Source: Eledone cirrhosa (Eukaryota). Taken from it: a DNA stretch of 64,000 bases. The translations under genes and the position numbers were made by a program. Below are positions 26,710 through 39,970 of this stretch, piece by piece. The stretch is taken from positions 121,954,001 through 122,018,000 of the forward strand of contig OZ024742.1 in assembly GCA_964016885.1 (NCBI GenBank). Direction: 5' to 3'. The notes under the pieces are model-generated. The model did not search any database and was not told the DNA's origin. It saw only the letters and a list, made by a program, of their open reading frames with translations. Each line of letters starts with the position of its first letter. The stretch's first letter is position 1.

Positions 26710-27530
26710 GATCAAAATCATCTATACCCTATTGAGCAGAAAGGTTGTCGCCGTGGGTCTTACGTGTGCAAAGAGCAACTTCTAATTAAACGCATAATTC
26801 TGGAAACGGGTATAAAAAAGAAGAAAAATCTGAGCGCTGTTTGGATTCACTATAACTAAGCATTTGACAGTGTTCCCCAAACATGGATTTTGAAAAATTT
26901 GGATACTCTGAAAATGTTCCCAATAATATGAAACTTCCTGAAATACAACATGCCTGTCTGAAATACAAACCTATCATTGTCACACAGTGATGGAATTATA
27001 AATTCAAGCAGCATAAGTCTTAACTGTCGTAGTTTTCAGCGTGATTCGTTTTCTCCTCCGATATTTTGAATTGCATTCAATATGCTCAACAAAATATGTG
27101 GCTACAAAATAGATAGCAAAACAATACATAATCTGTTCTGTATGGATAACTTAAAGCTGTATGCCAAATATGATTTACGAATTGGAAGGTATTCAGTGGT
27201 GATATGGGGATGGAGGTTGGATTTGGAAAATGCGCCAAAGTAACATTCAAGAAAAGCAGAATGACAAGCACAAACTGAATGGAAATAGATGTGAATACAG
27301 TAATTAGCGAACTAGAACAAAAATAAGCCTACAGATATCTAGGAATCAATGAAGGACAAGGTATTCCCCATGTCAGCATGAAAGAGGGAATTAACTAGAG
27401 AAATAAATTCTTTTCCATAAATACGCTTGCAATCCATGTTATCACCTACAGTTTCAATATTATAAATTGGAATGTTAACGAAATTAAAATAATGGATACC
27501 AAAATAAGGAAACTTTTGACATGTAATAGA
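26710..27530 (+). mobile_element. R4/Dong-clade LINE reverse transcriptase fragment, decayed
   Basis: EQKGCRRGSYVCKEQLL, NLSAVWIHY..AFDSVP, FQRDSFSP, LFCMDNLKLYAK, DMGMEVGFGKCAK and YRYLG; collinear with 62850-63700; begins after (TAA)n. Confidence 0.85.
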
Positions 27531-27679
27531 AAAATTTGGTATCCAGACAACGGTAGTATTCCTCCAGAAAATGACATTCCACAGAATAGCTAGAATTTTG
27601 AGGTATGCAAACATAAACCCCAGGGGCAAGTATACAAAAATTCTTAGATCATTAGCTATCACCCATCCTCTTGTTATAA

Positions 27680-28630
27680 TAATTGTTTCTACTTTTGGCA
27701 CAAGGCCAGCAATTACTCCAGTGTATGCTGGTACTTTATTTTATTGATCCCTTAAGGATGAAAGGTAAAGTTAACCTCGGCGCGATTTGAACTCAGACTG
27801 TAAAGAGACGTAACTCTATGCTGCAAAGCAGGGCGTCAGACCCTCTAACGATACTGCCAATCCACCGTCCTCTTGTTATAATAATTGTTTCTAATTTTGG
27901 CACAAGGCCAGAAATTACCCCAGTGCATTACTGGTACTTTATTTCATCGACCCCGTAAGGATGAAAGGCAAAGTTAACCTCGGCGGGATTTGAACTCAAA
28001 ATGGCAAGGGCAAGGCCGTAACTCTATGCGTCAAAGCATGGTGTCCGACCCTCTACAGATACTGTCCTTGCGTCTAAAGAACCGCATGGGAAAGAAAAAA
28101 ATAATGATAATCTTTTCTTACTTAGGAACAAGGCCAACAATTTTGGATTTGGGAAAGTCTATTAAATCGACCCCAGTGGGTTTCTGGTACTTTACTCTAT
28201 CTACCCCGTAAGGATGAAAGGTGAGAAAGAAGTTATAATAATGGTTTCTGATTTAGGCACAAGGCCAACAATTTTAGGCGAGGGAAAAGTCGATTAAATC
28301 GACACCACTGCATTACTGGTACTTTATTCTATCGAGCCCGTAAGGATGAAAGGGGAGAAAGAAGATATCATAATAATAACGTTTTATGATGTAGGCAAAA
28401 GGCCAATAAATATTTGGGGTTAGGGGAAAGTCGAATAAATCGATCTTCGTGCGTTAGTGGCAATTTCTTTTATCGACCCCGTAAGGATGAAGGTGGGAAA
28501 GAAGAAATAATAATTGTTTCTACTTTTGGCACAAGGCCAGCAATTACCCAGTACATTACTGGTACTTTATTTTATCGACCTCGTAAGGATGAAAGGCAAA
28601 GTTAACCTCGGCGGGATTTGAACTCGGGGA
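27680..28630 (-). mobile_element. Cluster of about six SINE family A copies or fragments
   Basis: Repeated ggcacaaggcca..ctggtacttta..cgaccccgtaaggatgaaagg units at ~27690, 27890, 28110, 28245, 28380 and 28515. Confidence 0.9.
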
Positions 28631-29599
28631 ATAATAATAATAGTAACAACAATTGTTTCTAACTATGGCAAAACGTCATCTTACAGATATATATGGAATG
28701 GGTAGGAATCGTCAATAACCCCTCTCTACTTTATTGATACTTGTTTTACGAGCCTGAATGATAAAAAAGAAATTCAATCCCAATAGGAATAAAACTTCAA
28801 AGGTAAAAGAATGAGTATTGAGTCAGGCAACTCAACAATCGTGTGATAATCATATGAATAAAACCTTCAGTGAAGGCAGCGTTTGTCAGTGCAATACATA
28901 ACTAGTATCCTGCGTACGTTAGTGTGATTCATGATAAAATATACGAAATATTCATGGACAAAATGAAGAACGTCAATATACATTCAAATAATAGTGGTTG
29001 ATGAAGAGGTGGTAAACTTATATAGATAATCAATTTTGCAAGAAGTCGCCTTCTACCACTTCTATTCAATTAATCACTAACGTCTTTGATTACTTCGCAG
29101 AAAAAAAAAACTGCCTGTGAATACAAATATTATGGTATGGCTACAAATACCTCCTCTACATATATACACATATACACATATGAACACATACATACGCACA
29201 CATATATAAATTAATTATAGTTTATTCATGAATAAGTTGATAACTAGCCAGGCAGCTTATTAAAAACATTGCAGATATTCGATAGAAGTGTATATATGAG
29301 CATAATGGAAATATATGTAGACAGTACGTTAAAGAGGATTAGTTTAACAATCATTGCCTGATAAATGGGTATGGCTAAACACAGCAGCCTTGAATACGAT
29401 CGGACACAGCAAGGACGAATTAACAGTACTAGCAGCAAAACCGCCCACGGGCGGCTTTTTGCTAGCATATGCAGTGTGCGTATTGGTTTTATACGCAAAT
29501 ATATATGCTTATAGATATGATATGTAAATTGAAAAGTAAATTGACAATATCTTCTTCGCACACTTATTTCTGAGAAGGTCGTGGAGGAAGAGTCCTCAA

Positions 29600-30152
29600 A
29601 CACTCCTGCCAGCATGTCTGTCAGAAGCAAACATCTCTAACCGATCCAGCTGGATCCCAAAGCGTGACCAGTCAAGCTCATAGATGTTATCCAACTATAT
29701 TGCTCAGGGTCTACCTCTGGGTCTCTTGCTGGTTGGTTTTGCCTGTAAAATCTGTCCAGAGACATTCTAACCACATGCACATAGTATTGGAGCTGTGATC
29801 TCTCAATCCGGAGAAGTAGCGGCTCTACCAGGAGTGACTCTCTGATCGCTGAGCTATGCACTTTTTCGAGTAACGTTGCTCCAAAGAACCTTTGGAGGAA
29901 CCCCATTCCCGCCGTTTGTATTTACAGTTTTATTCTTTCGGTCATTACCCAAGGCCCATGACCCTCTGTAAGGGTTGGCGGAAATACCAGGAAAACAGCA
30001 AGTTTTGCTTTTACACCTACCTCCCTTCTGATTACTGAATGTTGCAGCTGGTACATTACTGCATCAGATTTTGCAATTCTTGCACTTAATTCAGCCTCCT
30101 GCCTTCCATCACTCATGAACACGGCGCTGAGATATTTGAACTTCTCCAACTG
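29600..30152 (-). mobile_element. RTE-clade LINE 3' fragment, Rex3/Expander-like
   Basis: EKFKYL..FMSDGRQEAELSARI..KAKLAV..PTLTEGHGPWVMTERI..MGFLQR..SSAIRESLLVEPLLLRIERSQL..HVVRM..RPRGRP. Confidence 0.85.
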
Positions 30153-30161
30153 GTTGTTCTA

Positions 30162-30545
30162 GCACTTGGCCTCGCTTTCACCCGAGGTAACGCTGCGAGC
30201 ATGTTCGGTTGCCTCAAAAATTATTAGATAGGTTTCCCAGTGCTCCCCGCGATATTGCTATCTTTTGCTCTGGTAGTACCTCGTTTGTCCACCCCTTTCG
30301 CCTGCCTTGTGTTATATGTGGTCCTAGATGTATGCATAACCTACTTGTGTGTTGTATGCGGTCCTAGATGTGAGTATAACCTGCTTGTGTGTTGCATGTG
30401 GTCCTAGATGTGTGTATTACCTGCTTCTCTGTTTTTTTCTCTTTCATTTTTTTACTTTCCCTTTCCTTTGTATATATTATATTTGTTTGTGTTTTCGTTC
30501 TGTAACCATTATATTATTATATTTTAATACAGCTGTGAATAAAAT
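30162..30545 (+). mobile_element. CRE-like element extreme 3' end with a 40-bp tandem repeat in its UTR
   Basis: ALGLAFTRGNAASMFGCLKNY* (30162-30227; cf. LSIAIQRGNAASI); gtcctagatg recurs at 30321, 30361 and 30401; AATAAA at ~30538. Confidence 0.6.
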
Positions 30546-30773
30546 CCGTAACAACAAATAATGTGTGAATGTATGTCTGTAAGTGTATATTTTTGTAAGT
30601 GTGCCTGTGTTTGCACGATTAGTTATAAACTCATACATATAAATGTATGTATATGCACATACGCACACACATACACGTCAGCGCGTTGAAAAACATCATA
30701 ATCTCTTTATTTCTCTCTCTTTCTGTCACTCTCTCCCTCTCTCCCTATCTACCTATTTATCTATCTATCTATC

Positions 30774-32332
30774 TACGCCGACGACGTGACAGTAATGGTG
30801 TCGAGCACCTCGCAAATCAGGGAGATCGGCACCTTACTGGAGGAATACGAAAGGTTCACAGGAGCGAAGCTGAAACGGGACAAATCCGTCGGTTTGCAAC
30901 TCGGAACGTGGCGAGGCAAACCGATGCCTTCTGATGACGTCGTCGGACGTTGGACGGAAGGACCGGTAAAGCTGCTCGGGGTCTGGTTTGGTCCTGACCT
31001 CCAGGTGGAGAAAAGCTGGAACGAGGTGACGGCCAAGGTGTTTGCGCTCACCCAGAAGTGAGCTGAGTGCAAACTATCCTTGAAAGGTCGAGCGGAGGTG
31101 GCGAACACTTTTATAGCGTCCGTCATCTACTACTGCTTGACCGTTGTGCCTTGTCCAGTGAAAACGCTCACCAAAATGGAGCGCGCGCTCTTCCAATTCC
31201 TTTGGAAGAAACGGGCTCCTTTGGTGAGAAGATCCATCTGCTGCCAACACTCTTCAAACGGAGGGCTGGGGATGCCGTGGCTGACGATGCTCAAACACGC
31301 GCTCAGGTGTGGGCCCCGTTCGGGAGGCGAGCCTTCCCACGACTCGTCTCGCTGACCGAGCTGTAGACCTGGGTCAAGCAAAACCGAGGAAAATAGGCGA
31401 CTGGCATATCGAATGTGCTCAGGCGCTCAAAGTCCTCTGGCAAACAGACCCGGCGATCAGTGGAGACTCCACTTCCACATTCTATAGAGGATTGATTCGC
31501 AGCAAGTGCGACAACACGCTCGGAGAAACTCTAGGCGTAGGGGAGGACGAACTGGCCAGTCTGTTCGGTAGGACCTTCCGCCCGGGACCAATGGACAACT
31601 TCCAAAAGTCCCTGGTCTGACAGTGCTACCGAGGAGCACTACCAGTTCGAAACAAGCTCTACAGACACGGGCACCCGGGTAGGGACCCTTCGAAAAAGAT
31701 CTGTCCGAGTTGCCTGCGCGACGACGAAACCGTCGCACACGCATTTCTACACTGCCCGGGCGTTACCGACCTGTGGGGCTATGTAGAACGACTATTGTCG
31801 CGGGTGGGACCAATCCAGTTGTTCACCGAGTCCATTGTCATGATCAAACCGCCACCCTCCTTCAAAAACGAGGGAGAGGCGGTTTTCCTATGGTGAAAGA
31901 AGTTATATGGCTGAAAGAAGTTATAGGGCTGAGGTCAGACATCTTTATCTTCGGCGAGCAACTGATTCGTTTTTTCAAATATCATTTTGGAAGAAGAATC
32001 AGGATGGAGAGAGAGGTGCTGTACCCCAGCAAATTTTATAAAAGGTGGGTGAATGTGGCAAAGATGGCCCGAGTGCTTGGGCCTTCTCTCTATATAAGCC
32101 TGTAGGTTGAGGAAAAAGAGGAAGAGAGGAAGGGAGTACTCACTCTTGGTGCTCCTGGAGATGAGGGTTGTAAATATTTTACGGGGTGTGTACAACCCCT
32201 GTGTAACACCTCCCCCCTATTGGGGATTTCAATTGTTATTTGTTATTGTATTAATAGTTTTATTTTCACATACCTGTATATAAACATTTGTATTTGTCCC
32301 CTTCTTTTGTGCCCTTGTGGCTAATAAAGAAA
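30774..32332 (+). mobile_element. Tx1-clade LINE, 5'-truncated at YADD
   Basis: YADDVTV..TGAKL..KLLGVWFG..LSLKGRAEV..FQFLWK..GGLGMP, a C-terminal CPSC..ETVAHAFLHCP zinc motif, and a 3' UTR ending in AATAAAGAAA; (CTAT)n on both sides. Confidence 0.9.
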
Positions 32333-32575
32333 TCTATCTATCTACCTATCTATCTATCTATCTTTCTGGGATGGACACACGCGTGAAAATTGCTGGGTAA
32401 GTTCTGCCTAAATTTCTATAGAAATTCCTAACTGTAAACCTTAATTTTTATACCAATTTGTAGAGGGACTGCCAGGTCAAATTTTGATCTGGTCAGTCTC
32501 TCAAAATATTCTACGCCTTTAGGCGAAATAGTTCACAAAATGTTTTTTTTTGAAAAGCTAACATTTAAAAAAAAA

Positions 32576-33600
32576 ATGGCTGAAGCTTCTTCACCAACAT
32601 TCGAAGGAGGAAAGTGGAAGATATGCGTACAGCTTCCATCTGCCACTGTCATAGTAGCAGATGTCAAAGACAAAGGTCAGCCAGAGGAAGGATTTTCTCC
32701 ACGTGCTGACCGACAACTTGACGTTGCCATGGCAACAAACCAAAAGTGTGAAACAATGAACAAAAACAACACTACCAGCGGCACCAGCAACAACAACAAC
32801 AACAATGCTATGAACGAAAACAACACCAACAACAATAACAATAACAACAACAACAACAACAAGACCAATAACTGCAACAAGGAAGTAAACGACAAAATAT
32901 CGTTTGCGCAAATCGTAAAGAAAGCGGTAAGCTACACTCCGGTAGATATTTCAAATGCAAATGAGCTTTTGAATAACGCCAGACAGTACATAACTTTGGG
33001 GGAGAACGGATCATTCTCCATAAACTCTCCCCCAGATTTGCGAAGAGAAGCTGCCTTGAAAACTGTGGTTTTCAGGACAGTCTCAAACAAAACCCTAAAA
33101 CCGACTCAACTTTCACAAGGCGAAATTGAGTTGGCTTTAGAAGATACCTTAAAAGACATTGCTTTCATTCAGAAGGGTAGACTCTACGGGGGTTTATCCA
33201 TTCTGATGAAAGACCAACTGACGGCACAGAAATACTCTGTGTCGCCATTGTATCACAGTTGTTCACCTTTTCCCCCACTTACATGTCGAAAAGAACACAG
33301 AAAATAAAAATCCAAAATATCACACCAAATATTGATATTTGGTGGGTACTATGTGGATTTTTAAACCTCGAAAAAGACACAATAATATCGGTAGGTAAGT
33401 CCTCCGGCGACCTGTTCAGAGGAACTAGCCTGGAAATTCTAGTCCAAATGACACCAGAACGAATAGCTAGGATCCCGGAACGTGTGCTTCTGGATGGGCT
33501 TATATACATAAACATTTCGGTCGAGAGTAGGCAGCCCTCATGTTACCACTGCCTAAGGAGGGGTCACCTAAGAGCTTCCTGTCCTCGGCTAACTAGCTAA
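32576..33600 (+). pseudogene. Tx1 ORF1 (gag-like nucleic-acid-binding protein), frameshifted
   Basis: SFAQIV motif, poly-Asn and SVESRQPSCYHCLRRGHLRASCP (CX2CX4HX4C); frameshift near 33270. Confidence 0.8.
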
Positions 33601-33706
33601 AAACAGGCATTACTGCCAACACCTGCAACAGCAGCATAACAATCACCACCACCACCACCACCACCACCACCACCACCACCACCACCACCACCACAACAAC
33701 AACAGC

Positions 33707-33740
<34 letters not shown>

Positions 33741-34504
33741 TAAAAAATAGTGACAACAAAATAAACGACACACTCAGTCCCACCCAACCTCTCCCTACCT
33801 AAAACAACTCCAGAAACACGCACACACATAACAGCTCCCCAAAATGTACCCCTCCCCAACAACACGGATGAGGTATCATCATCGTCACCCAGTGACGATG
33901 AGGGAGAGCCTTTCCGACCAGTAAAAAAATAAAAGAAAAAACATAACGCAAACGAAAATGCAACAAACACACAAACACCAACACAAGCGACGCAAACAGC
34001 ACAAACAAAAACACCCCCTCCTGCGTAAACACACACAAGAACCACAGACAAAAAGCAACACAACACAACAAAAATGTTACACCTACATAAATACTAACAA
34101 TAAAACTTTAACAGACACCATATATAAAAACCCTTCGGTGGAGACCGAAGGGAAAACTTTTACACACTCTTCGGAGAATCCTAATCTTAAAATTATTAGG
34201 ATCTCCATGGACACACACAAACAGTTAAAAGAAAAATTTCCTAACGACGTAGGTAACCCCTGCGTCAAACCCTATAACCGCGTCCTTTTGAAATGTTTCC
34301 CCACCACCACCCCAGACACTCCCACCCCAGACACCCCCGCCCCACCTGACACCTTCTCCAACATCTCCGTACCCACCCCACCAGAGCCCACCCCCTTACC
34401 AAACAACCCCTCCAACACCCCCATTGAATTGTGCAGCCTGGTCCCCAGGAGACGAAGAGTTGAGTGATTTCTTTTCCTCTTTTAACTTTTCAGCACCAAC
34501 ATAG

Positions 34505-35530
34505 CAAATATAAGAGTTGGATGTATGAATGTACGCGGCTTGGGGATGCCCTGGAAACAGGGCAAACTCTTAAACGACCTCAGGTCGCACAGCATGGATG
34601 TAGTAGCCATTTGCGAGTCCAAGATCCACAGCGAGCGACAACTGGCGCCCATCTTCGACGACTTTGAGATCTACGCATCTCTCTGTCAGCCGGGAGGTGG
34701 GGGTGGGGTTGCCGTTCTGCTGCGGAAACACCTGGATCTCGTAACACAGACGGTACATTTGGACCCGGAGGGTCGACTGATGGTGAAGGTGGAGCCTTCA
34801 GGCTGGTGGCCGCATATGCCCCATTCGGGACACCGCGGCCAGACTTCTTCAAACGCCTGGAGACTTTTCTGGGAACGTCCCGCTCCCTGCTGTTAGTGGG
34901 GGACTGGAATGGAATCCTAGATACACGTTGGGACTATGTGGGAGCATGTCTCGATAGAGGGGTGGGGGTGGGTGTAACCGCCTCAAACAGTTAATCGGCC
35001 GATTTGACCTGGCCGATAGATATCGACTAGATTTTCCGACTGTGCCACTGTGGACGTGGACTAATCATGGCGGAACATCTAGATCGTACCTAGATAGGGT
35101 TCTAGTTAGGAAGAAGGACATGTTAAGCTGTCCACAAATCTTCATGGTTGCCTATTCAGATCACAAATTAGTGACCTGCTTAGTCAACCTTGACAAACCC
35201 CATAGACAGGGACCCAGCTACTGGAAGCTGAACTTGTCGTTACCGACATGCAAAGCCTACAGTAGACGGATTAGCACTTTAGTTAAGCAGCACTTGACGG
35301 GGGCCATTGTCAACAACTGATGGTGGTACTCTCTCAAGAGGGCAGTTAGATTAGACTCGAGAGGTTTTAGTAAAGAATTAGTGTTATATAGAAATAAGAC
35401 CGAAAAGGAACTGGTAGATAAAGTAGAAGAGGAACTTAGGAGTGGCAACGTAGTTAGAGACGAGAACGGCCTTGGACCAGTTCTTCGACGCAAAGCATGA
35501 AGGCTGCGTTGTCAGAAGCAAAATACGTGC
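34505..35530 (+). pseudogene. Tx1 ORF2 apurinic-like endonuclease domain, disrupted
   Basis: MNVRGL, DVVAICESK, GGVAVLL, DPEGRL, AYAP, LVGDWNG, WTWTN, SYLDRVL, YSDHKLV and YWKLN. Confidence 0.88.
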
Positions 35531-36462
35531 AACTCGGAACGTGGAGAGGCAAACCGATGCCTTCCGATGGCGTCGTCGGACGCTGGACGGAAGGACCGGT
35601 AAAGCTGCTCGGGGTCTGGTTTGGTCCGGACCTCCAGGTGGAGAAGAGCTGGAACGAGGTGATGGCCAAGATGTTTGCGCTTACCAAGAAGTGGGCCGAG
35701 TACAAACTATCCTTGAAAGGTCGAGCAGAGGTGGCGAACACTTTTATAGTGTCCGTCATCTACTACCGCTTGACCGTTGTGCCTTCTCCAGCCAAAATGC
35801 TCACCAAAATGGAGCGCGCGCTCTTCCAATTCCTTTGGAAGAAACGGGCTTCTTTGGTGAGAAGATCCATCTGCTGCCAACACCCTTCAAACGGAGGGCT
35901 GGGGATGCCGTGGATGACGATGCGCAAACATGCGCTCAGGCTGCGGCACCTCCACAGGAGAGAGTGTGTGTGTATATATACATATATGTATGTATGTGGG
36001 GGTGTGTGTGTCTGCGCATGTAGACGTACGTGTGTGTATGCATAAATCTGTCGGTGTCTGCATGGGTGTGTGTGTGTATATATTAGTATGAGTGGGTGCT
36101 TAATATGAAGTGTGAACAGACGTGTTGAATGCTGAACCCAGCATGACTCCATCGAAATGTGTCGGACGGAAAATGGCTGATGACCAGTGCGGCAGTAGAT
36201 ACTGACCAGAACTTGTGATGACGTGGAGTAAAAACAGCCAATGGCATGACAAGAGTGGAAGTAGGGTTTTTTGAGGGTGTTTTTTGATGATAACACCCCA
36301 GTGATAAAATTTGCTCCTAACGAAATACTCATGTCTGAATGAACCTACAGAAGTAGAATCAGCCGGATCCATACAAGGACCACGTCTCGAGCTACCTGCC
36401 GGAGAAAGAATTGTAACACGCAATAAATTTAGTCCAGATGCATCACTGATTTTTCGTTTTCT

Positions 36463-36546
<84 letters not shown>

Positions 36547-36638
36547 AAAAGATATAGAGGTTAGAGTTATTTTGAAAATTAGATTTGTTTACAAACACCG
36601 GAAGTTATATTTCACTATCTAATTATATATATATATAC

Positions 36639-37456
<818 letters not shown>

Positions 37457-37458
37457 GA

Positions 37459-37522
<64 letters not shown>

Positions 37523-37954
37523 TGTATATATATATATCTGTCACATAGTCCCTTTATCTGTATCTCTCTTTTCACACACTCTCTCTTTCTTTCTCGCTTT
37601 GTCTCTCTCTATAAATATGGTGGTGGCGATATACCGGAAGTATTGAAATTTGAATATTTTAAAAGAAGTGAATCTTGAAATAAGAAATAAAATTATTTAT
37701 GTTTAATCATGTGTTACGTAATTTAGTACATAAATTATGTAATATTCACTCATTATGAAATTAGTGAACGATATTTTGGGTAATATGACTTGTCATTTAG
37801 GGCCCATTAATCGAAGTACGTTTGCTGTATTTTGGAATCTTTTCTGTACTAACAAGAAGCATACTAACTTACTTTTAGTCGTATATAAATCGAATATTTA
37901 ATACAAAATATCGTTCACAAATTTTATGTAACCTAGAGGGAAACATATTTTCAG

Positions 37955-38675
37955 TCATTAATAAAACATAAATTGTAGTAAGTAACACGCGAATACAAGA
38001 ATATATAAGAAATAAGCGAACAAATTATACTCATACTTACAAACACAAGACTTAGACACTTGCACACTAAAAGCATACATCTCTATACGAATACGCCCGC
38101 GCAGAGAAATAAATAAGAGTACCTGCCCCCAAACCCATACACATTCATACACACACACACATATATATACATTATAATACAATACAATAGGAGAGAACAT
38201 AATTAGAGTACCACTGATGATGTGCAACGAAAGAACTTTGATAGATTATATATATATATATTTATATATATATTTATATATTTATATTTTTATATATTTA
38301 TATATTTATATATATTTTTTAACCGTTGGTCAATCAATGATAAACATTGATTGCCAAATAAATTAACTATGGAGATATAAAAGATACAGAAGCGAAAACC
38401 AACCAAACAGTGAGTGTGTTCTGTTATTATTTATGGTAATATTATTACAACAATATGGGTGGTGGATTGGCAGTATCGGTAGAGGGTCGGACGCCATGCT
38501 TTCCAGCATAGTTACGTCCCTTTACGATCTGAGTTCAAATCCCGCCGAGGTTGACTTTGCCTTTCATCCTTACGGGGTCGATAAAATAAAGTACCAGTAA
38601 TGCACTGGGTAATTGCTGGCCTTGTGCCTAAAGTAGAAACAATTATTACAACAATATGACCCTCCCCAAGTATAA
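37955..38675 (+). mobile_element. 3' end/pLTR fragment of the PLE family at 54-60 kb, with a deleted hammerhead and a SINE insertion
   Basis: caatagg.g.aacataat..CTGATGAtgtgcaacGAAAgaacTT (38214-38238), aaaccaaccaaacagtgagtgtgttctgttat and atgaccctccccaagtata are collinear with 59880-60120. Confidence 0.8.
38458..38647 (+). mobile_element. Full-length SINE family A with a 17-bp target-site duplication
   Basis: A box TGGCAGTATCGG and B box GTTCAAATCC; ATTATTACAACAATATG at 38441-38457 and 38642-38658. Confidence 0.92.
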
Positions 38676-39785
38676 ATATATAAATATATATATAAATATA
38701 TAAATATATATATAAATATATAAATATATATATAAATATAATTTCAGCGACATCGTATTTCGGCGGCGGCCAAGACAAAACGAAACTCAATTTTCGAATA
38801 TGCCGGCAAGCGCTCAATGGACTAGGAAGAAACCAGAGCAATTAACATACGTTAAAAAGGCCAGACACATAAAAATGGCTGTGATGTGACAAGCCAGGCA
38901 GCCGAAAAATTACCTGGACCTTCCTGGAACGTTGAGGTAAAATCCAGTGTGAGGTTTCTGTGACTTCTAAATCTAGTATACTGTCTGCTTTCGTTGTAAG
39001 CTTTTGGTATAATGATCGAACAAGGTAAACACCTTGTCAACAGGTGTCTGCTCTCAACCGCCTACAAGGTTCAAATGAAGCATTAGTGAAGCCACTACCT
39101 CACGTGGTTACCCTGACATGAAGGTAACCCCTGTTTTGACGGGTGCATTCAAAATATGTAAAGGAATTGCAAAAAAGTGTTAAAGACTGCACAAATCGAA
39201 GTAAGCTCTCGACCAGGTTGTTTTTAAATAAACTTAAGCAATTTATCAGTCAATAGAATTGCCTATACATATATATGATGGCTGCCCCCACGTTATCGAG
39301 TACGGTAATTGCACAATATACCATTATTAATAATTATTAATCAATTCTATTGTGCAATGCCTGTGAGTGAAGATAATTTTTAAAGTGAGGAAAGACTGTG
39401 CACTGAGCCAATCCCACTCTCTGAGCAACAGTAGATATCACCCGAAAAGAAGAGAAGATCAACATCATCGGTAACTACTCAGCCGCAGGTTTTATATCGG
39501 AGTTACCCCAGTTTCCTAAACCGGCAACCTCACCAAGTTTACTTGGTGAGGAGGGTGATTTTGGACACCCTGCAGGACAAAAACAAAACCTGACAAAGGG
39601 CATCCAAAAGTGTTGTAAATATGTATATACACATGTACATATGTATGTATATGTGTATATATGCACATGGGTGCATGTGTATGTATATGCGCGGGTACAT
39701 AGAAATAGTCGGGCTGGACACCCGATCGCGCGGTTAAACCACTGGGAGTGAAGGACCCCTAGCCTTTGTCAGCGCATTCTTCTAG

Positions 39786-39873
<88 letters not shown>

Positions 39874-39914
39874 CGAAACATAAGTCAATTGCATGAACTC
39901 ATAATCCTTTATTT

Positions 39915-39970
39915 ACTGGTATATATATTTCGATGATAGCCATTAAATGGCTATGACCTCATTTGGCAGT
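39915..39970 (-). ncRNA. Degenerate type I hammerhead motif
   Basis: Minus strand ACTGc-CaaATGA-ggtcATAGCCAT-tta-ATGGCTATcatc-GAAA-TATATA-TA-cCAGT; the core has two substitutions; the tail runs into (TA)n at 39869. Confidence 0.5.

Larger units (their letters stand above)
32364..35957 (+). mobile_element. Tx1-clade LINE, apparently 5'-intact, with the RT core deleted
   Basis: 5' UTR, ORF1 with a CCHC knuckle and an APE endonuclease, then a jump at ~35528 to sequence nearly identical to 30895-31308. Confidence 0.88.

Noticed and set aside
27680-28630. Regularly recurring repeats resembling a CRISPR array
   Set aside because: Units are diverged SINE fragments of variable length, with no constant repeat/unique spacer pattern and no cas genes; eukaryotic context.
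36100-36423. Minus-strand Cys/His-containing frames possibly from another GIY-YIG PLE
   Set aside because: No clear YIG or RT motif; similarity too weak to call.
39270-39785. GC-richer blocks resembling LINE 5' UTR sequence
   Set aside because: No ORF or second copy in the window to support a classification.
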